This document shows positions 57,801 through 64,000 of a stretch of 64,000 bases of DNA, one piece after another (positions within the stretch are counted from its first letter, which is position 1; every line of letters begins with the position of its first letter). The position numbers and the translations under genes are program-made. The stretch is from positions 1 to 64,000 of the IMG/VR virus record IMGVR_UViG_3300044729_002678; one strand, written 5' to 3'. Origin of the DNA: a virus. A model generated the notes under the pieces. It was not told the DNA's origin. It searched no databases and saw only the letters and a program-made list of their open reading frames with translations.

Positions 57801-58237
57801 CTTGCTGCTATACCACTTACTCCCCCATTATACACGTCAAATAATCTTTGTGGAGTTTCCGTTCCTACACCAACTCTACCACTTGAACTAATTACCAATT
57901 GTCCTTGAGTTCCGTTTGCACCAAGTCGTAATCTATTTCCAGAAGTAGCATATATTGATGCAAAGCCGGTATCCCAAGTTAATACACCATACGATGTTTG
58001 AGAAGAACCAACACCCCAATTAGAAACACCACTACCATCAGTCCAAAATCCATTATTCCTAAAACTACCATTTACATCCAATTTAAAACCAGGTGTTCCT
58101 GTTCCAATTCCTACATTTCCACTACCACTTACAAATAGAATATTGGTGTTAGATGGCGAACTAACTCTAAGCAGATTAGCATTCGATGAACCTGTTATAG
58201 TAACATCATCTTTTATTGTGGGAGAAAATATATCCAT
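54806..58237 (-). CDS. Tail-fibre-like virion protein with SGNVGIGT repeats
   Basis: About 10 G(N/R)VGIGT.xP..xL modules; Ser/Thr/Gly-rich. Confidence 0.75.
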   Translation of the reverse strand: MDIFSPTIKDDVTITGSSNANLLRVSSPSNTNILFVSGSGNVGIGTGTPGFKLDVNGSFRNNGFWTDGSGVSNWGVGSSQTSYGVLTWDTGFASIYATSGNRLRLGANGTQGQLVISSSGRVGVGTETPQRLFDVYNGGVSGIAASFGAQFSNNSFSGISFGYVEQANTSYRKSALVFERTETHGGGTNASGKIHFLLNNNSSTSATALTDAVVTIDSVGTTVGSARMGIGTRFPTASLHISGTVATDNLMRVQSTTGAEYFFISASGNVGIGTTSPSAKLHVIDGDILIENNRSFLSKNTGGSSLALLKFDTSNNAQIGSVFQGGSTILYATSDFIFYNYPSSTVTERMRITSTGNVGIGTSNPTEKLYVDGNVIVTGRITAEEFHTEFVSASIIYQSGSTQFGNSLDDTHTFTGSINTTGSLSLKGPLYDNLGTAGTADQILFTTSTGVEWRDNFAENVIITGKNVGVSTIQKGTPLYFTSSGTSGNIVGILPADASNPNRMPAGGVAGEQITAGSEGNIYLSGYISNLDTSAFNSGDNVYIAVGGGYTNIKPTGSAFIQKIGNVEKVNASNGSTVIQGPNWFNDLPNWEIGRVMVGRSNGQPVTSSLVYLDESNSRLGLGTTTPLSTLTVAGGNVNINSGFAIGGNNLGSFSPFIRYSNTGAGVPSSSFGHTSAYMLSDAGGVFGTNDLSFYAGAITQPEIMRIVGSTGFVGIGESSPSAKLEIKGSGATSATTALRVENSNASASLTILNDGTSAFNTSHLYVSSSGNVGIGTTTPTAKLQISTVSNGSSSLDAAGSSFNGVHAILPGRIYVGASATAYPQIMYNAIPSQSAAWRYAGNDTAWAIDMGGNNQMRFRYAGAGTTGNNITWTDIMVLASGSGNVGIGTSSPTNRLEVAGGVTATSFTGSLFGTSSWAQNAQTASFLPTGTYNITSSWATNALTASFLNGAFLQNGNSFGATALLGTNDNQNLQFETNGTVRMHISSSGNVGIGLTNPSARLYVSGAAVDGLLHVGSPTLANTLFVTGSGRVGIGTNTPSQLFEIVRSSNTKIVAGDNVGIQTGTASEWIHLSSDPASSKYIRIDATQFSASPTEQNGTPDTAIGQSGNTSKYLTEPDYWIEIKLGAAGGDIVLIPCYIKGV

Positions 58238-58240
58238 CTA

Positions 58241-61051
58241 TTAATAAAATATTAAACTTCTAAAGAAAGGTGTATCATTACTTCTCATATAATATAGGTA
58301 ATTCAACCCACCATCCTCACTTTGCTTAATAACCATTCTTTGACATTGTCTTGCAGTTGAGTTACCTGCTGGTAATGTTGAAGCACCATTTTCCATAATG
58401 TCCCTATCAGTATCTATGTAAATAAATTGAGCTGATATGTTGGGTTGAATATAAATTCTATTAGCACCATCGTAACTGATAGTAGTACCATCGGTTAAGT
58501 TAAAGTTGGTTGAGTGATGCCAAGGTGGTATAAATGGATACTCATACATCATCGTTGCTATATTATACTTAACAAATCTTAATGTTGAGTTGGCTTCAAA
58601 ACAATAAATGTATTTACCTAATGAGTTGGATGGTGTTAAGTTACTACCACTTTCTCTACCATAAATCCATTTCATATCAGCGCCGCCAGCACCTGATGTG
58701 GTTGATGTAGTATTTCTTCTACCTGTTGGTAATATCGAATACACAGTTGTTGTATCAGGAGTTGCAGTAGTACCATTGGCGGTATTGGTTGTTCCAAATG
58801 TTATAGTATTGTTTGTGTTGGATGAAATTGTTGCTTCTTGCCCTACACCTGTTCCTGCTATAAATCTAACCTGCGAACCCACCCAAAAATTAGTAGGCCA
58901 GTTTTTAGTTGTATCTACTAATGTTGAAGTAGTACCACCTGTCGCTGAACCAAATCCCCGAGATGATGATAATTCAACTGATAAAGTTACATTTCCAGCA
59001 GTTGCTGTTGCATTAGCCGAAATTGAAGCTGTTATGAATAATCCGTTTGAACTTGTTTCATAAGAACGTAAAAATGTTCCTGCTGCTATTCCACTACCCG
59101 TAATAGGAGCACCGACTGGAATTGCTTGAATTGTCGCTAATTGAGATGATGCGGTTAAAAATATTAAATTTGAAGCGTTTACGGTACTTGCTACTGGGTA
59201 AAAACTTGCTGTTCCTGTGGTGATACTGGTATCTAAACCATAACTTGCTCCAAAAGCTTGAGGACTTAATATATTGTATCCCCAAACCGCGGTATTACCT
59301 GTTAAAGTAGTAGCAGAAGCCATAGCTGTTGCTAAGGTTAATGACTGTGAAGTATTTGCTGTAATTCTTGAATAGTTTGTAGTAGGACCTGTTGGCGAGC
59401 TACTCCATACTTGAAGAACACTACCTACCCATTGATTAGCAACCCAGTTTTTAGATGTATCAAATAATAATGTAGTAGTATGGGTGTTAAATCCAGCGTT
59501 TGCGGCTGGAGTACTTGCCATACCATAAGTAAACTGAGTAGGCTGTGTAGCACCTGTTAAAGTCGCTGATAACGGATATGAAGATGTTGCTATAAATGTT
59601 CCGTTATAAATTGAAGCATCTGAACCCGTTGCTCCCGTAATTGTAATTCTATCACCGGTCTCAAACGGATGCCCAGTAATAGTTGTTACAGTTGCTATAT
59701 TACCCGTTCTTGTAATTGCTGAAATTGGTATTTGGAAACTAAAAGATGACGAATACCTAACCGATGCTACACTAGCTACCCCATCTTCTAATCTTTGTGA
59801 AGGATAAAATGAATTATTTAAGTTCGAGAATTGTCCCATAGTAGCAAAATTACCACCACTTAAATATGATTTATCATCATCTGCTATTACTTCGTATTGG
59901 TCACTAGCGGCCGGTGTTATATCTAATGGAGCTGCAAATTCAAGAGTATTTGTAGTATTTGAGGTAATCATCCTCTCTAATCCCGTTGTTTTATTTTTAA
60001 ATCTATAATTCCTCCATTGATTTATACTCCAGTTTTGCGAAGTATCAACTGATGAAGTTGGTGAACCACTTGTTACGCTACCAGTAGTAAATATCGGAGT
60101 TAAATCGGCTGAAATTGGTTCATATTGTAGTTGAGTTGCAGCTAAATAGTTTGGCATTACGCCTGTTTGTGTGTGTAATGGAAACCAGGTAGCATATAAA
60201 GGATCATATCTATATGCTAAAAAGAAAGCGTTTGTTGAAATATTTTGAACACTTACTAATGAACCACAATTGATTTCAAATCTCGAACTTTTATCTAAAT
60301 TAGTTGTCCAAGGTGAATTAACTGTAATTGTACTTCTTTGAATCACGCATCGAGTAGCAGTACCTACAGCGATAGGATTTGAATCATATACATGATTATA
60401 TGCTTGATTTGGGTCAGTCACATGCCATTCTGCGTTAGCAAAAAATAATGTATCGTTGTTATTGTATAATACTCTTCTTACAAAATATTGTTGCGAAGTA
60501 CCTAAATATGCTCTAACCTGATATCCTCTCCATTGATTTACCACCCATTTTTTAGTTGTATCGGTTATAGAAGTTACACCAGTAGATGTGTTTGTATATG
60601 TTGCGGTTGGAGTTAAATATTCTATATTTTCAGGTTGAGTACATCCAGTAATTGTTCTTTCTTGTCCTCTACCTAAACCCGCTATTACTTTAATTTTAAG
60701 TCCTATTACCGCACTTTCGTTGATAAATCCGCCTTGAGCGGTTGAACTACCGCTTGTGCCAACTATAAAATTACCATAATGTCCTTGACTTAAATCCCAA
60801 CCACCACCAATTGTTGAAGCTGGGGAGTTTGGTAGTAAAGCTCCAAGTGTACTCCATGAATCACCAAAAGTATCGTATTGATACATTGTTGTAGCACTAG
60901 TGCTAAAAATATATCTATTCCATCTGCTTGAAGTAGCTGCGGTTGGAAAATTGTAAAGTGTTGTGCCTATTGTAGATGTGAAGGGTGAATATCTCATCCA
61001 TTCCCATACAGGTTGGTCTACTAATTTAACTAATCGTTTTGTAAGTGCCAT
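58241..61051 (-). CDS. Large virion protein with DT.K.W..NQW repeats
   Basis: Four DT(T/S)x(K/N)WxxN(Q/F)W repeats; Kelch-like segments at the ends. Confidence 0.6.
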   Translation of the reverse strand: MALTKRLVKLVDQPVWEWMRYSPFTSTIGTTLYNFPTAATSSRWNRYIFSTSATTMYQYDTFGDSWSTLGALLPNSPASTIGGGWDLSQGHYGNFIVGTSGSSTAQGGFINESAVIGLKIKVIAGLGRGQERTITGCTQPENIEYLTPTATYTNTSTGVTSITDTTKKWVVNQWRGYQVRAYLGTSQQYFVRRVLYNNNDTLFFANAEWHVTDPNQAYNHVYDSNPIAVGTATRCVIQRSTITVNSPWTTNLDKSSRFEINCGSLVSVQNISTNAFFLAYRYDPLYATWFPLHTQTGVMPNYLAATQLQYEPISADLTPIFTTGSVTSGSPTSSVDTSQNWSINQWRNYRFKNKTTGLERMITSNTTNTLEFAAPLDITPAASDQYEVIADDDKSYLSGGNFATMGQFSNLNNSFYPSQRLEDGVASVASVRYSSSFSFQIPISAITRTGNIATVTTITGHPFETGDRITITGATGSDASIYNGTFIATSSYPLSATLTGATQPTQFTYGMASTPAANAGFNTHTTTLLFDTSKNWVANQWVGSVLQVWSSSPTGPTTNYSRITANTSQSLTLATAMASATTLTGNTAVWGYNILSPQAFGASYGLDTSITTGTASFYPVASTVNASNLIFLTASSQLATIQAIPVGAPITGSGIAAGTFLRSYETSSNGLFITASISANATATAGNVTLSVELSSSRGFGSATGGTTSTLVDTTKNWPTNFWVGSQVRFIAGTGVGQEATISSNTNNTITFGTTNTANGTTATPDTTTVYSILPTGRRNTTSTTSGAGGADMKWIYGRESGSNLTPSNSLGKYIYCFEANSTLRFVKYNIATMMYEYPFIPPWHHSTNFNLTDGTTISYDGANRIYIQPNISAQFIYIDTDRDIMENGASTLPAGNSTARQCQRMVIKQSEDGGLNYLYYMRSNDTPFFRSLIFY

Positions 61052-61062
61052 AATTTTTTATT

Positions 61063-61581
61063 TTAATTAAATTCCATTGAGTTTCTAAGTGCTGAGTATG
61101 CGATTCTTGATTGGAGGTTGAAAACAGATTCTGCTGCAACTATTGTTGTACTCCCAGCCGGCCCATTTAGATATGTATCAATTCGTGTAATCATAGTTCC
61201 CGAACTTGCTGCCATATCAATTTGTTGCCTACCAGCTGAATCCTGTCTTGATATAGGCTCTAATAACTTAACCATTCTACCTAACAATGCGGTTTGGTCT
61301 TGTAGGTATTGCAGGGATTCTTCTGATGCAGGTGTTAATTGATTTTCTATAAAAATTTGTAATCTATCAGTATTACTCATAGATGTTGTATTGTAATTCA
61401 ATGTCAATACATTATTGGTAATAGTTCCGCCCAAATTAGGGTCTGCAAAATTATAAATAATTAAATTATCAGTAACATTAGTTATTATAAGTAATCGTTC
61501 TAATGTTATAGTTTCGGTAGTATTAAACGTAATTTGCTGTGTTGCAGCGTTGAATGTATAATCCTCAAATAATATTTTCAT
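61063..61581 (-). CDS. Hypothetical virion-associated protein
   Basis: YTFNA..ITF..LLIITNVT.N.IIYNFADP..LTL.Y.T.SM..D.LQIF; sits among the fibre genes. Confidence 0.6.
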   Translation of the reverse strand: MKILFEDYTFNAATQQITFNTTETITLERLLIITNVTDNLIIYNFADPNLGGTITNNVLTLNYNTTSMSNTDRLQIFIENQLTPASEESLQYLQDQTALLGRMVKLLEPISRQDSAGRQQIDMAASSGTMITRIDTYLNGPAGSTTIVAAESVFNLQSRIAYSALRNSMEFN

Positions 61582-61766
61582 GTTTTTTCTATTTTTATAA
61601 CCCTACATAATTTTGGATAATATTCGTTATTAAATTTTTCAATACAATTATTTGCTTCCTCTTCGGTATTGTATTGAAAAACGGGGATATTACTTTCATC
61701 TACAACAGATGCCCATAAATTACTTCCTTCGTAATGTTGTATTTGTATTTCGTATTTAGTGTTCAT
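61578..61766 (-). CDS. Small hypothetical protein
   Basis: Preceded by TATTTATA; ATGA overlap with the next gene. Confidence 0.55.
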   Translation of the reverse strand: MNTKYEIQIQHYEGSNLWASVVDESNIPVFQYNTEEEANNCIEKFNNEYYPKLCRVIKIEKT

Positions 61767-61784
61767 ATGTATAAATATATATTT

Positions 61785-64000
61785 TTATAAAACAACGGCA
61801 TATGCAAGCATTAAAGCAGTAGTGTTGGTTGGAAGAATACTTCCTACGGTTGCTGTTGCATAACCCGATTGCGATGTTGAAAATGTAATTACGGATTGAT
61901 TATCGGAAGTTCCTGTTATAGAATCAGGTATCACTACCTCATAACTGCTGTTATATATAGTAATAACTGGGGTTCTAAAACTTAAATTGTGATTGAATGT
62001 CCAAGTAGTAGATGCTATGGATTGTGTAAATGTAGCAAAATTTTGGCCTAAAAAATAAGATGCGGTTTGGGCGGTTATTGCGTTTGAAGAACTAACTGCC
62101 CAAGATGATGTTCCAAAAAGTGAACCCGTAAATGATGTTGCAGTTACACCACCTACTACTTGTAATGTGTTTGTTGGTGTTCCTGTCCCAATACCTACAT
62201 TTCCACTACCGCTAACATAAATTATATTATTTACCGCAGGTGAGTCTATTTCAAGTAAGCCACTATTGGATGCTCCGCTGATATGAAGTGAAGCAGATGG
62301 TGAGGTGGTTTTAATACCTAAGTTACCCGCGAAATAATTTTTATCTGTTCCTGCTTGATAGATTCCGTAAGCAGCGTTACTTTGAGTTCCGGCTGTTAAA
62401 GAATCAATGTAAAGACCATATGTATTTGTAATCGTTCCTACACTATTAATAAGTGGTTGAACTTTAACCCCATACATATTAGTTATTGTTTTATTGCTGG
62501 TTTGTGAATATATTTCTATTTCAAGTCCTATTGCGTTAGTAACATTACCACTACCTTCAATATTGACCCCACCTAAAAATCCAGCAACTGTATTTGCAGC
62601 ACCGCTATTACCTGTTCTTCCTGAAGCATAAAATGCTCTTAATATATTTGATGTGCTTGTATTCCTATTTGTAGTAATAACATTTATGGCTCTGTGGTTA
62701 ATAAAGGGCTGTGTTCCGGTTAGATACAATTCACCACTAAGAAATCCATTTGTTTGTCCAACACTCGTTGTATTGTTAGTAAATGTTACTAATCCATCAG
62801 CAGATGCCTCTAATAAATAATATCTTTGTGAACTTGTAAAAGTATAATCTTCTCCTACAAATGTTCTAGCATCATCCCCAACTATTAATCCAGCAATTCC
62901 AGATGAATTTTCTACTCTCAATGTGTTTGTTGCGGATGTTGCACCTGTTCCTCTAATATTCATTTTAGCAGTACCACCGGTCATTCCGATATTCCAATAT
63001 CTATTGGATGTTTCAATACGACCAGCCTCTCCACCATATGATGTAAATCCTAAATTAGCATATGAAGGTTCAAATAAACCTGCTATTGTACTGTTTGTTG
63101 CAAATGTCGGGTCTGCTGCCGTTCCACCAGCCGCAATAACTCTATTAGATGTATATATAGTACCATTTGTACCACCTGATGCCGATACATGTAATTGGTA
63201 TGTTGGGTTACTTGTCCCAATACCTACATTTCCACTACCACTTACATAGATTATGTTATTTACCATAGGAGAGTCTATTTCAAATAGAACACTATTTGAT
63301 GCTCCGCTGATATGTAATTGAGCGGATGGGGATGTTGTACCTATACCTACATTACCTGATGCGGATATAAATACCCTCGTTGTTCCTCCTGTTTCTAATT
63401 GTAAGTTATTAGTATCGTTTGTACCAATGGTCATTACTCCACCCAATGTATTTCCACCATTGAGTATTATTGCATTTGAACCATAGAATAGTCTATTAGA
63501 GTCATTTGTCCATAAATGAGTTGAACTTGGGGCGGATGTTAGGTTAGAATTGTTAAAATCTATACCTTTATAGTTTAATAATGTTCTTCCACGTAATTGA
63601 CCTAAACTTGTATATGTTTCTGCTATATATGAAGCACTACCGTGTGTAATTCCGCCATAATCATCATCTATTGTAATAATCCCCGCGCTCTGTGTAACTA
63701 CCCCATGAAATATACTTCTTCCATAGACATTAAACCCATCTATAGTAGTTGTAATAGCGGGAGTAGCCGCAGTATCTATTTTAACACCTCTAAAAGATGC
63801 CCCCATTCCACCATAAACTTCTATTATATTTCTACGATTTGCAGTTAAAGGGCCTGTTCCATCACCAACTACAAATAAATTATTTATATCCGTTTTTGTT
63901 TCATTGTAATGACCAACTACCAATTGACCTGAAGATGATGCAACAGTACCAATACCCATTACAACTGTTGCTGTTCCTCTTGCCCAAGAACCTGACCCTG
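61785..64000 (-). CDS. Tail-fibre-like virion protein, 5' end outside the window
   Basis: Frame stays open upstream of the Met at 63959 (..GSGSWARGTATVVM); SGNVGIGT repeats; C-terminal W.F.HNL..P.I.IY domain. Confidence 0.75.
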   Translation of the reverse strand, partial: GSGSWARGTATVVMGIGTVASSSGQLVVGHYNETKTDINNLFVVGDGTGPLTANRRNIIEVYGGMGASFRGVKIDTAATPAITTTIDGFNVYGRSIFHGVVTQSAGIITIDDDYGGITHGSASYIAETYTSLGQLRGRTLLNYKGIDFNNSNLTSAPSSTHLWTNDSNRLFYGSNAIILNGGNTLGGVMTIGTNDTNNLQLETGGTTRVFISASGNVGIGTTSPSAQLHISGASNSVLFEIDSPMVNNIIYVSGSGNVGIGTSNPTYQLHVSASGGTNGTIYTSNRVIAAGGTAADPTFATNSTIAGLFEPSYANLGFTSYGGEAGRIETSNRYWNIGMTGGTAKMNIRGTGATSATNTLRVENSSGIAGLIVGDDARTFVGEDYTFTSSQRYYLLEASADGLVTFTNNTTSVGQTNGFLSGELYLTGTQPFINHRAINVITTNRNTSTSNILRAFYASGRTGNSGAANTVAGFLGGVNIEGSGNVTNAIGLEIEIYSQTSNKTITNMYGVKVQPLINSVGTITNTYGLYIDSLTAGTQSNAAYGIYQAGTDKNYFAGNLGIKTTSPSASLHISGASNSGLLEIDSPAVNNIIYVSGSGNVGIGTGTPTNTLQVVGGVTATSFTGSLFGTSSWAVSSSNAITAQTASYFLGQNFATFTQSIASTTWTFNHNLSFRTPVITIYNSSYEVVIPDSITGTSDNQSVITFSTSQSGYATATVGSILPTNTTALMLAYAVVL

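Noticed and set aside
3209-63848. The many plus-strand ORFs and nested short minus-strand ORFs in the track
   Set aside because: All lie inside or antisense to well-supported minus-strand genes and show no motifs; treated as shadow ORFs.
54806-64000. Diversity-generating retroelement in the fibre repeats
   Set aside because: No reverse transcriptase in the window; repeat differences are mostly synonymous and not adenine-specific.
1-64000. Stop-codon reassignment, as in some large phages
   Set aside because: Core genes are full length in the standard code, and TAA, TAG and TGA all end genes at sensible positions.
1-64000. tRNA, rRNA or other structured RNA genes
   Set aside because: Intergenic gaps are short and explained by promoters or terminators; no cloverleaf recognised by eye. 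A covariance search was not run.

Overview
A 64 kb AT-rich segment of a large T4-like (contractile-tailed) dsDNA phage. Every credible gene is on the minus strand and reads normally in the standard code. In transcription order (right to left): (i) tail-fibre-like and other virion proteins, neck (gp13/14/15-like), sheath, tube, a tail-chaperone gene pair with a candidate frameshift, tape-measure-like and baseplate genes (~39.2-64 kb); (ii) a replication and nucleotide module with an atypical PolA-like protein, SSB, RecA/UvsX, 5' nuclease, DnaB-like helicase, class Ia RNR, thioredoxin, PolB, clamp and clamp loader (~12.7-38.8 kb); (iii) a glycan-biosynthesis island with GT10/GT11 fucosyltransferase-like enzymes, GT2/GT4s, methyltransferases and a ColD-like dehydratase (1-12.7 kb). 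Nine promoters fit the Bacteroidota -33/-7 consensus, which points to a Bacteroidota host. The best candidate for an undescribed system is a promoter-to-hairpin five-gene operon (24.7-27.5 kb): MazG-like NTP pyrophosphatase, orphan HTH, DUF4338 and two tandem Mom-like paralogs. A second DUF4338/DruA-like gene, a glycosyltransferase and a degenerate GmrSD-like gene lie inside the replisome operon, together suggesting multi-enzyme DNA hypermodification. Other notable signals: a duplicated hairpin/DnaA-box/promoter cassette, and strong GATC avoidance everywhere except the leftmost 6.7 kb. All family calls are by motif recognition only; no searches were run.
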